Of a DNA stretch of 64,000 nucleotides, positions 56,675 through 64,000 are shown piece after piece. Below the pieces are notes generated by a model. That model did no database searches. It was not told where the DNA came from and was given only the letters and a program-made list of their open reading frames with translations. The first letter of the stretch is position 1, and each line of letters opens with the position of its first letter. The stretch is from positions 77,061-141,060 of the forward strand of contig CAMYNW010000018.1 of NCBI GenBank assembly GCA_947259885.1. The letters run 5' to 3'. The position numbers and the translations under genes are program-made. This DNA comes from an uncultured Gammaproteobacteria bacterium. GTDB taxonomy: Bacteria; Pseudomonadota; Gammaproteobacteria; Arenicellales; Poriferihabitantaceae.

Positions 56675-56690
56675 TTGAATATATATTCAA
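56675..56690. promoter_or_regulatory. Candidate TetR operator: perfect 16-bp palindrome in the divergent amine oxidase / TetR-Rieske promoter region
   Basis: TTGAATATATATTCAA equals its reverse complement. It lies in the 71-bp AT-rich gap between the ATG at 56663 (minus strand) and the ATG at 56735 (plus strand). Confidence 0.4.
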
Positions 56691-56734
56691 CATATTATAC
56701 AATAATTCAAATAATTTTAAAAATACTTGAAAGT

Positions 56735-58585
56735 ATGTTGAAAGAAACTAAAGCCACCCGTCAAAATCCCGCCAAAGATGCAAGGAAACAGCAACTTATC
56801 GACGCAACCGTGGACTGTATATACCAATACGGATTGGAGCGAACCACCGTATCTAGAGTCACCAAGGCGGCTAATCTTTCTGGCGGTATTGTTAACTTCT
56901 ATTTTCAGAGTAAAGACAAATTGCTTCTGGGCACGTTGATCGCCATTCGAGATGAATTCGAGCGAGAAATTCTGCATTCCACTCGAACAGAAGATTCCCC
57001 CGTTACCGCTTTGGAGCGCTTAATTGATGTGCACTTCAACCCGTCCATTTGCCGGCCGGAGAAGATAGCGGTGTGGCATGCGTTCTCCAGCGCCAGGCGG
57101 ACTAGGAACGAGTACAACAAGATATGCGGGGGTCTTGAGAAAAAACTGCTAAAACTTTTCTGCGATCAACTCACAGTGTTGTGCCAGCAATCGAGCAACA
57201 CTCTGTACGAACCTGCGGTTTTGGCTCGAAGCCTGAGCGGGATAATAGATAGTTATTGGCAGGATTATTTATACAGCCCTGAAGAATTTGACCCGCAATC
57301 AGCAAAAATAGAATGCTTACACTATCTCAATTCACTATTTCCAAAGGCGTTTGATATTACGCCGATAACACCGGCCGGAATCTCTAATCACGAAGACACA
57401 GCCAACAAAAAATCCAACCTTAGTATAGACATGCTCGCTCCCTGGACTTACCACAGCGAGGAATTCTTCGAATTAGAAATCGAAAAACTGTTCAAACCTA
57501 GATGGATGTTAGCTGGACACATAAGCGAGTTGGCCAACACTAGAGACTTTATTACTTTTGATGGTTTTGGTGAACGCGCGGTCATTATCAAAGGGCATGA
57601 CAACGTAGTGCGAGCGTTTCACAATGTCTGCCGACATCGCGGTGCGCGCCTCATAGAAGGGCGTGGAAGTAACTGCCCACACTCACTATCTTGCCCATTT
57701 CATGGCTGGACCTATGATTTAACAGGCAAGTTAATTGGAATCCCAGCTCAAGATACGTTCGACAATCTCGACCCAGCCGCGAACGGATTAGTCCCTCTGG
57801 AGTTTGAACTTTGGATGGGATTTATTTTCATTCGGTTTAAAACAGGCGGGCCATCACTGAAACAAATGCTTGCGCCTGTCGAGGATCTGGTCGAGCCCTA
57901 TCGAATTGAAAACATGCAATTGCTCCCGGGCACTACTTATAAGGAGTTGCGGCCCTATAACTGGAAGGTGATTCACGATATTGATAATGAAGGCTATCAC
58001 GTGCCGGTTGGCCACCCTTCCCTGCAACAACTTTATGGCAAGAGGTATTCGGATGAGTATATAGATAACGTTGCGGTTTCGAAGGGTTACATCAACGAAA
58101 AGCCAGGTAAGTTATGGAGCGTGCGTCAATACCAGAATCTGTTACCTGAATTTGATCATCTGCCGGCAGAAAATCAGCGTCTATGGCTTTATATCGGTGT
58201 TTTTCCAAACCTCGTACTGGGACTGTATCCGGAATGCATTGAGTTTTACATGACCATTCCCAATGGTGTCGGCGCTACCCGGTTTATCGGGGGCTCTTTC
58301 GGTTTACCTGATGACCGACGCGAAGTAGCGGCAGCTCGTTTTCTTAATCGCCGAATAAACTACATTACCGATCGAGAGGACGACAGCTTTGTACGATGGA
58401 TGCAGGACGGCATGCGCTCAAGTGTATTTCCACAACATAATTTATCGTCAAAAGAATACGGCGTTAAACGCTTTCACCAGGAGATTCAAAAGACTTTGCC
58501 CGTAGCACGACTTGCGGAATTTCCTGCCGCAGGCAGCGTAAGCCAGATTAACGATTCTCTTTGCAGGGCTGAACGGGCTGATTGA
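56735..58585 (+). CDS. Fusion protein: BetI-like TetR-family regulator + Rieske non-haem iron oxygenase alpha subunit
   Basis: One uninterrupted frame. TetR HTH (RKQQLIDATVDCIYQYGLERTTVSRVTKAANLSGGIVNFYFQSKDKLL) plus a ligand domain of about 215 aa, then a ~25-aa linker. Next come the Rieske motif CRHRGARL...CPFHGWTY and the catalytic NWKVIHDIDNEGYHVPVGHP. Start taken at ATG 56735 (MLKETKA). Confidence 0.8.
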   Translation: MLKETKATRQNPAKDARKQQLIDATVDCIYQYGLERTTVSRVTKAANLSGGIVNFYFQSKDKLLLGTLIAIRDEFEREILHSTRTEDSPVTALERLIDVHFNPSICRPEKIAVWHAFSSARRTRNEYNKICGGLEKKLLKLFCDQLTVLCQQSSNTLYEPAVLARSLSGIIDSYWQDYLYSPEEFDPQSAKIECLHYLNSLFPKAFDITPITPAGISNHEDTANKKSNLSIDMLAPWTYHSEEFFELEIEKLFKPRWMLAGHISELANTRDFITFDGFGERAVIIKGHDNVVRAFHNVCRHRGARLIEGRGSNCPHSLSCPFHGWTYDLTGKLIGIPAQDTFDNLDPAANGLVPLEFELWMGFIFIRFKTGGPSLKQMLAPVEDLVEPYRIENMQLLPGTTYKELRPYNWKVIHDIDNEGYHVPVGHPSLQQLYGKRYSDEYIDNVAVSKGYINEKPGKLWSVRQYQNLLPEFDHLPAENQRLWLYIGVFPNLVLGLYPECIEFYMTIPNGVGATRFIGGSFGLPDDRREVAAARFLNRRINYITDREDDSFVRWMQDGMRSSVFPQHNLSSKEYGVKRFHQEIQKTLPVARLAEFPAAGSVSQINDSLCRAERAD

Positions 58586-58612
58586 GCGCTCGTTTAACTT
58601 GAAAAGATGCGC

Positions 58613-59446
58613 TCACGACTTCGCCGCAATATGCATATCCCGCTCCCGTTGTTTTGCCTGGCGCAGCATCAACCAGCCAAATATGACCACTCCGATAGTC
58701 ACCACCACAATGATGATCGTGGCCAGCGCATTAATATCTGGCCTTAGACCAAGGCGTATTCGAGAGTAAATCAGTATCGGTAACGTAGTCGATCCTGGTC
58801 CGGTGGTAAAACTCGCGATCACCAGGTCATCCAGAGATAGGGTAAAAGACAACAGCCAACCTGCGAGCATGCCCGGTGCAAGTAGCGGAAGAGTGATGTC
58901 GGTGAGCACTCTAAACGGTTTTGCCCCAAGGTCCTGGGCTGCTTCTTCTAGATCTTGAGCCATGCCCGCGAGGCGGGACTGGATGATCACCGCGACATAC
59001 GCCATTGAGAACGTAATGTGAGCGATCGTTATAGTGGTAAACCCGCGCTCCGGCCAACCGATCAGCCCCTTGAGCCCAATGAAAAAAAGCAACAGCGACA
59101 GTCCGGTAATTACTTCAGGCATCACCAAGGGTGCGGTAATCATACCTGAAAACAAGGTTCGCCCACGAAATCTTCCAAAGCGGACCAGCGCCAATCCAGC
59201 CAGCGCACCAAGCAAGGTCGCGAAAGTCGCGTTTACGACCGCGATCTTTAAACTCAAAGAAACCGCCGCCCAAACGTCCTCGCTTTCAAATAATACTTTA
59301 TACCAACGGGTCGAGAACCCGCCCCAGATCGGCACTATTTTAGATTTATTGAAAGAATAAATGACCAGCAGAACCATTGGGATATACAGAAAAGCCATGC
59401 CGAAACTAAGCATTGCAACAAGGAAGGTGGAGCGCTTGCCCTGCAT
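58613..59446 (-). CDS. potI: Polyamine (putrescine/spermidine-type) ABC transporter permease
   Basis: 277 aa, 6 TM segments. EAA-type loop LEEAAQDLGAKPFRVLTDITLP. Last gene in the SBP-ATPase-permease-permease (potFGHI) order. Confidence 0.7.
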   Translation of the reverse strand: MQGKRSTFLVAMLSFGMAFLYIPMVLLVIYSFNKSKIVPIWGGFSTRWYKVLFESEDVWAAVSLSLKIAVVNATFATLLGALAGLALVRFGRFRGRTLFSGMITAPLVMPEVITGLSLLLFFIGLKGLIGWPERGFTTITIAHITFSMAYVAVIIQSRLAGMAQDLEEAAQDLGAKPFRVLTDITLPLLAPGMLAGWLLSFTLSLDDLVIASFTTGPGSTTLPILIYSRIRLGLRPDINALATIIIVVVTIGVVIFGWLMLRQAKQRERDMHIAAKS

Positions 59447-60376
59447 CTAACTCTCCGATTCCTTTGATTGGATATGCTGATACAACATCATGGGCAAGAC
59501 GAGCACCAGGAGAAGCACAATGGCCACGGCGGAAGCCACCGGCCAGTCGGTGTTTGCGGTGAACTCATTATAGAGCACCCGCCCGATCATCTGTACGTTA
59601 CCGCCACCCAGTAAATCAGGGATGACATACTCCCCTGTTGCCGGAATAAAAACCAGCAACGAGCCTGCAATGATCCCTGGAATGGTCATCGGCAAGGTGA
59701 CGGTCAGAAACGTCACAGCAGGCTTGGCGCCCAGATCAGCAGCCGCTTCAAGCAGACTGATATCCAGCTTCTCCATATTGGCATATAGCGGCAGGATCAT
59801 AAATGGCAGATAGGTATAGACAATGCCGACATACACCGAAAATTCTGTATACAACAATCGGATAGGTTGGTCGATTATTCCGAGCCAGATCAGCAGGCTG
59901 TTGATCGTACCCTGATCCGCTAATAGTCCCATCCAGGCATAGACGCGCAGTAGGAAAGAAGTCCAGAATGGCAGGATCACCATCAAAAGAAAAATATTTC
60001 GCGCCGTCGGCGATGAACGCACAATGCTATAAGCAATCGGATAACCGACCAACAGACACAAGACAGTCGAAATCGAAGATATTTTTATCGAATTCAGATA
60101 CGTATTGAGATAAAGATTGTCCTCCCACAGGAATACAAAATTATCAAATACAATGCGTATTGCCAGGACCCCTTCGCTGACCCATTCAAACAACGGGGTA
60201 AACGGCGGCTGCGCGAAAACACTCTCCGCAAGGCTGATCTTAAGCACCATAAAAAATGGCGCCAGAAAGAAAATCAGCAACCAGAGGAACGGCACGGCAA
60301 CAACTACAGTCTTCCAACTGGACTGTAGTTTCTCTGCTAGCCGGGCCATTCTGCCGCCGGATAAAACTTTTGCCAT
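59447..60376 (-). CDS. potH: Polyamine ABC transporter permease
   Basis: EAA loop LLEAAADLGAKPAVTFLTVTLP. The ATG at 60374-60376 lies 5 nt after the potG stop. The ORF-track start at 60442 overlaps potG. Confidence 0.7.
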   Translation of the reverse strand: MAKVLSGGRMARLAEKLQSSWKTVVVAVPFLWLLIFFLAPFFMVLKISLAESVFAQPPFTPLFEWVSEGVLAIRIVFDNFVFLWEDNLYLNTYLNSIKISSISTVLCLLVGYPIAYSIVRSSPTARNIFLLMVILPFWTSFLLRVYAWMGLLADQGTINSLLIWLGIIDQPIRLLYTEFSVYVGIVYTYLPFMILPLYANMEKLDISLLEAAADLGAKPAVTFLTVTLPMTIPGIIAGSLLVFIPATGEYVIPDLLGGGNVQMIGRVLYNEFTANTDWPVASAVAIVLLLVLVLPMMLYQHIQSKESES

Positions 60377-60381
60377 TTCCG

Positions 60382-61554
60382 TCACTTGGTCAATACCACT
60401 CCACTTGAAGGCTCCCAGCCCACATACACTTCCTGTTCCCACTCCGCGACATGGCGACCGTCTTTAGGTCGACGTTGATTAGGGTGAGTGACCTGAACGA
60501 TTACACCGTTTTCCAGGCGGATACGATAAGTCGAACTGTTGCCGTAGTAGCCTATATCCTCAACCACACCTCGCAATACATTAATTTCTGTATTATCGGG
60601 TTTCGATGGCGAAAGGATAATCTTTTCCGGACGTACTGCGACCCAAACTTTGGACCCATCCGCGGCGGCGGTTGAGTGTTCGATCTTTATATCGGCATCC
60701 AGTTCCGCCACTTTGACACTTACATGCTCCTGATCCTGCTGATGCACTACCCCTTCAAACATATTTGTTGAGCCGATAAAGTCAGCCACCAGGCGTGACT
60801 CAGGATATTCGTAGATCTCGGTAGGGGTACCAATCTGCATGAAGCTTCCCGCATCCATCACGGCGATTCGGGTAGAAAGAGTCATTGCCTCCTCCTGATC
60901 ATGGGTCACCACGACAAAGGTGATTCCCAGGCGATCCTGGAGATCCATCAATTCATACTGAGTTTGCTCGCGGAGCCTCTTATCCAAAGCGGCAAGAGGC
61001 TCGTCCAGGAGTAATACTTTTGGCTTCTTCACCAACGACCTCGCCAGCGCCACCCTTTGCCGCTGGCCTCCTGAAAGCTGGTGGGGTTTGCGTTTACTGA
61101 GCGGCGAGAGTTCAACCATGGATAGCATGGCGTCCACGCGCTCATCGATCTCGCCCTTCGGTAGACCATCTCTTTTCAAACCGTAGGCAACATTTTGTTC
61201 AACCGACATATGCGGAAATAAAGCATAGGATTGAAACATCATATTGACCGGACGTTCGTATGGCGGCACGTCGGTCATATCAATACCGTCGATAACGATG
61301 CGCCCACTTGTAGGCGTTTCAAATCCGGCCATCATCCTGAGCAACGTGGTTTTACCGCAGCCGGAGCCTCCGAGTAGCGCAAACAATTCGCCGTGGTAGA
61401 TATCCAGATCAACGTTATCGACCGCTACAAAAGGACCAAAGCTCTTGGTCACCCCCTGGACTTTAATAAACGGAGTCTGCCCCGGATCAAGCCACGGGCG
61501 ATTTACGGTACTTACAACAACTTCTCCTTTCACCTGCACCTCACTCAAACACAC
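60382..61554 (-). CDS. potG: Polyamine ABC transporter ATP-binding protein
   Basis: Walker A GGSGCGKTT, signature LSGGQRQRVALARS, Walker B LLLDEPLAALD, and a C-terminal TOBE-like domain. The start codon is uncertain because several in-frame GTG/TTG lie at 61531-61554. Confidence 0.75.
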   Translation of the reverse strand: MCLSEVQVKGEVVVSTVNRPWLDPGQTPFIKVQGVTKSFGPFVAVDNVDLDIYHGELFALLGGSGCGKTTLLRMMAGFETPTSGRIVIDGIDMTDVPPYERPVNMMFQSYALFPHMSVEQNVAYGLKRDGLPKGEIDERVDAMLSMVELSPLSKRKPHQLSGGQRQRVALARSLVKKPKVLLLDEPLAALDKRLREQTQYELMDLQDRLGITFVVVTHDQEEAMTLSTRIAVMDAGSFMQIGTPTEIYEYPESRLVADFIGSTNMFEGVVHQQDQEHVSVKVAELDADIKIEHSTAAADGSKVWVAVRPEKIILSPSKPDNTEINVLRGVVEDIGYYGNSSTYRIRLENGVIVQVTHPNQRRPKDGRHVAEWEQEVYVGWEPSSGVVLTK

Positions 61555-61571
61555 TTATTCAAATCGGAAAC

Positions 61572-61622
61572 GCCAATATGATTGGCATGAGTAATCGAGG
61601 CTATAGCCTTAGCTATAGCCTC
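61572..61622 (-). terminator. Two tandem hairpins in the potF-potG intercistronic region (attenuator/mRNA stabiliser candidate)
   Basis: GAGGCTATAGC-CTTA-GCTATAGCCTC (11-bp perfect stem, 61597-61622) and GCCAAT-ATG-ATTGGC (61572-61586). On the minus strand the second is followed by GUUUCCGAUUU. Confidence 0.4.
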
Positions 61623-61635
61623 ACATCAACAGGTA

Positions 61636-62751
61636 CTAACCCCCGGCTTTGAAGTTGGTCCAGGTACGCGTTCGGGTGCGCTCCATCTTAGGCGGAATCG
61701 GGGTCAAGGGATACATCATCGAAACAGATTCAGCGGAAGGATAGACGGCTTCGCTACCAGTGACTGCTTCATCTATTAACGGCAAAGCTGCATCATTAGC
61801 GCTGGCGTACCAGGTGAAATTAGTATCACCGGCCGCAACGTCAGGACGCATCATATAGTCGAGGAACAAGTGTGCGTTTTCGATATTTTTGGCGTCAGCC
61901 GGAATGACCCATCCATCAACCCAGAGGGTGGCCGCGCCATCGCCAGGAGGTAAAAAAAAATCCAACACTACGCCGGTATTTGCCTCAGCGGCGCCAGACA
62001 TTGCCAGCAGCCCATCGGGGCCCCAAGTAACCGCTACGCAGAACTCTTTTTCGGGCATGCGCTGATAAGCATAGTTATCAAAGGTTTTGATATACGGCCG
62101 TATCTTGAGCAGCATTTCTTCTACCTCCTTATAATCTGCCGCATCGGTCGACGCAGGATTCTTTCCCAGGTAGGCGAGCGCCATTGGAATCACATCCGTA
62201 GGAGAATCCAGGAAGGACACCCCGCATTTGGCCAGTTTTTCCATATTTTCGGGTTTGAAAATCAGATCCAACGAACCAATCGGCGCATCTGGAAACACCT
62301 CTTTGACATAAGCATCATTGTAAGTCACGCCGTGCGTGCCCCACATATATGGCACTATGTATTTATTTTCAGGATCCCAACCGGCGTTAATCTGCTCCAT
62401 AATTTCTGGTCGGATGTTTGCAAAGTTTGGTAACTTTGATTTATCCAAAGGCTGCAAGATTCCGGCGGGAATCAAACGCGCGATCGCAGATGACGCATGA
62501 CTGACCACATCGTAACCAGAGCTCCCCGCCAGTAACTTTGAGTCAATCGCCTCTTGTGATTCGTAGGGTTCGTATGTGACCTTAATATCGAACTCCTTTT
62601 CAAAATTAGCGATGGTTTCTTCGCCGATATATTCACCCCAGTTAGTGACATTGAGAACGCCTTCCGCTGATACCGACCCCGCTCCAAGGGCCAATCCCAG
62701 CGCGGCGGCGCTGATAGCGCTTCGCTTGAAAAATACAGATATAGGGTTCAT
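61636..62751 (-). CDS. potF: Polyamine (putrescine-type) ABC transporter periplasmic substrate-binding protein
   Basis: MNPISVFFKRSAISAAALGLALGAGSVSAEG is a signal peptide, and the body resembles PotF/SpuD-like binding proteins. The ATG at 62749-62751 is preceded by GGAGG. The ORF-track start at 62805 is unsupported. Confidence 0.75.
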   Translation of the reverse strand: MNPISVFFKRSAISAAALGLALGAGSVSAEGVLNVTNWGEYIGEETIANFEKEFDIKVTYEPYESQEAIDSKLLAGSSGYDVVSHASSAIARLIPAGILQPLDKSKLPNFANIRPEIMEQINAGWDPENKYIVPYMWGTHGVTYNDAYVKEVFPDAPIGSLDLIFKPENMEKLAKCGVSFLDSPTDVIPMALAYLGKNPASTDAADYKEVEEMLLKIRPYIKTFDNYAYQRMPEKEFCVAVTWGPDGLLAMSGAAEANTGVVLDFFLPPGDGAATLWVDGWVIPADAKNIENAHLFLDYMMRPDVAAGDTNFTWYASANDAALPLIDEAVTGSEAVYPSAESVSMMYPLTPIPPKMERTRTRTWTNFKAGG

Positions 62752-62832
62752 ATATTCTCTGCCTCCACAGGCTGTTTTAATAAGTAAATTCAGTATAACC
62801 GCCACTTTTCGAATAATCTATCCACTTTTCAA

Positions 62833-63504
62833 ATGGTTCATGCTACGGTAATGCGAAGATACTGGAAACTGATTACTGCAAATCTGCTGGCTTTATGCCT
62901 TGGTGCCTATGTGGCTCTCTATGGATTCGGCCTTCCGGGCAAAACCAGTTTGGACCCAAACCAGATCGAGGGGTTGTTCTGGCCATACCAGAAACAGCTC
63001 ACTGAATTTGACCTGACCGATCATAATGGCCAACCGTTCAATCTTCAAAGTCTGAGCAAACAGTGGAATCTAGTCTTTTTTGGCTATACCTATTGTCCCG
63101 ATATTTGCCCGGTCACCATGGCGATGCTGCGCGAAGCAAGTGTTCTGTATCAACAGCAGGCTCCGGAGGAGTTCGCGGACTTCAGAGTCACGTTCATATC
63201 GGTGGATGGCGAGCGTGATCAGACTGCACACCTTGCCAACTATATTCGTTTTTATAACGATTCCTGGCTCGCCGCATCTGGCGACAAGGCGTCAGTGGAT
63301 TCCTTGACAAAACAACTCGGTGTGCCGTACGAAATTGAACCGCACGAGCCAGGCGACAAGAGCTATCTGGTTTCACACTCTGGCACGCTGTTCCTGTTGT
63401 CACCGGAAGGCAAACTGGTTTCCACTATACAACCACCCCACGATGTCAACGAAGTGGTTGACCGGCTGATTAAGATCAGAGAGTTTTTTAAGCAGAATTC
63501 CTGA
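62833..63504 (+). CDS. SCO1/SenC family copper chaperone / thiol-disulfide oxidoreductase
   Basis: 223 aa. N-terminal TM anchor, FFGYTYCPDICP (CxxxC copper-binding motif), and a conserved His in SHSG. Confidence 0.85.
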   Translation: MVHATVMRRYWKLITANLLALCLGAYVALYGFGLPGKTSLDPNQIEGLFWPYQKQLTEFDLTDHNGQPFNLQSLSKQWNLVFFGYTYCPDICPVTMAMLREASVLYQQQAPEEFADFRVTFISVDGERDQTAHLANYIRFYNDSWLAASGDKASVDSLTKQLGVPYEIEPHEPGDKSYLVSHSGTLFLLSPEGKLVSTIQPPHDVNEVVDRLIKIREFFKQNS

Positions 63505-63561
63505 GTACTCTCGTGATCATTCTGCAGTCTTGTCCTTGTCGCGCGGAGATATCGGAATCGG

Positions 63562-64000
63562 CTAACGCCTGGACTCAAAGAAAGTCTTGAGCAAATCTTC
63601 CGATTCTTGCTCTAACACCCCCGCGGTCACACCAGTTCTGTGATTTAGAAACTCCGACTCCAGAAGATTTAATTTAGACCCTGCCGCACCATACTTTTGA
63701 TCTCTGGCGGCGAAGATCAACCGATCAATCCTCGCATGTAAAATAGCACCAGCACACATAATGCATGGCTCAAGAGTCACATACAGCGACGCTCCGGTTA
63801 GACGATAATTCTTGAGCTGCTCTGAAGCACGGCGAATTGCGACAATCTCTGCATGGGCGCTGGGATCGTGATTGGTGATTGGCCGGTTACATCCACGCCC
63901 GATCACCGTGTCGTCCAATACCACCACCGCACCAACCGGCACCTCTCCTAATCCTCTGGCCTCTTCAGCCTGAAGCATCGCCTGTTGCATAAACGCGATG
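63562..64000 (-). CDS. tadA: tRNA adenosine(34) deaminase, possibly 5'-truncated by the window edge
   Basis: GEVPVGAVVV, HAEIVAI and PCIMCAGA deaminase zinc motifs. An ATG at 63988-63990 is possible, but the frame stays open (..IAF) to the window end. Confidence 0.85.
   Translation of the reverse strand, partial: IAFMQQAMLQAEEARGLGEVPVGAVVVLDDTVIGRGCNRPITNHDPSAHAEIVAIRRASEQLKNYRLTGASLYVTLEPCIMCAGAILHARIDRLIFAARDQKYGAAGSKLNLLESEFLNHRTGVTAGVLEQESEDLLKTFFESRR

Noticed and set aside
56675-56734. The first 20 codons of the TetR-Rieske ORF (MNIYSTYYTIIQIILKILES).
   Set aside because: It would leave only 11 nt between divergent start codons, and it is translated from the AT-rich palindrome-containing promoter region. 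MLKETKA at 56735 is the more plausible start.
1-64000. Scan for CRISPR arrays, tRNA/rRNA/tmRNA/SRP RNA, IS elements, integrases, phage genes, toxin-antitoxin pairs and known defence-system genes.
   Set aside because: I saw no spaced direct repeats, cloverleaf-like intergenic sequences, transposase or integrase ORFs, or defence-type domain combinations. The intergenic regions are short apart from those discussed.

Overview
This is a dense chromosomal segment of about 60 genes on both strands. The gene families look Pseudomonas- or Marinobacter-like, so I infer core genome of a marine-type Gammaproteobacterium. GC looks mid-range by eye but was not computed. I recognised no rRNA, tRNA, CRISPR array, IS/transposase, integrase, phage or obvious defence genes.

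Gene order:
- ppc (5' cut by the window edge) and mobA.
- A Mut7-C nuclease.
- A minus-strand oxidative-stress block: rubrerythrin, a broken CCG Fe-S oxidoreductase, DUF3501, oxyR, Gfo/Idh/MocA and AlaX.
- Assorted redox and metabolic genes, htpX and a peroxiredoxin.
- truD, pyrF, an FMN hydroxyacid dehydrogenase and an AEC transporter.
- Rhodanese, a LysM lytic transglycosylase, DUF349, class I fumarase, an SLC13 transporter and dodecin.
- An LPS block: O-antigen-ligase-like, GT2, LpxL-family and msbA.
- A Tat-less three-subunit molybdoenzyme that looks like SoeABC, plus DUF2288.
- A class III aminotransferase.
- The pilV-pilW-pilX-pilY1-pilE minor pilin operon, followed by ICMT-like, sulfotransferase and DUF1801 genes.
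- An amine locus: an atypical metallophosphoesterase, an FAD amine oxidase, a BetI-like TetR fused to a Rieske oxygenase, and potFGHI.
- An SCO protein and tadA.

I do not see a clear-cut novel multi-gene system. The least ordinary items are:
- the single-ORF TetR-Rieske oxygenase fusion, with a perfect 16-bp palindrome in its divergent promoter;
- the conserved but uncharacterised rubrerythrin/CCG-Fe-S/DUF3501 module linked to oxyR, whose Fe-S gene is broken;
- the SoeABC-like enzyme tightly coupled to DUF2288;
- three redox genes that each appear to carry an internal deletion;
- a metallophosphoesterase with substituted metal ligands and a Cys-rich insert.

All functional calls come from motif and family recognition by eye. 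No searches were run.
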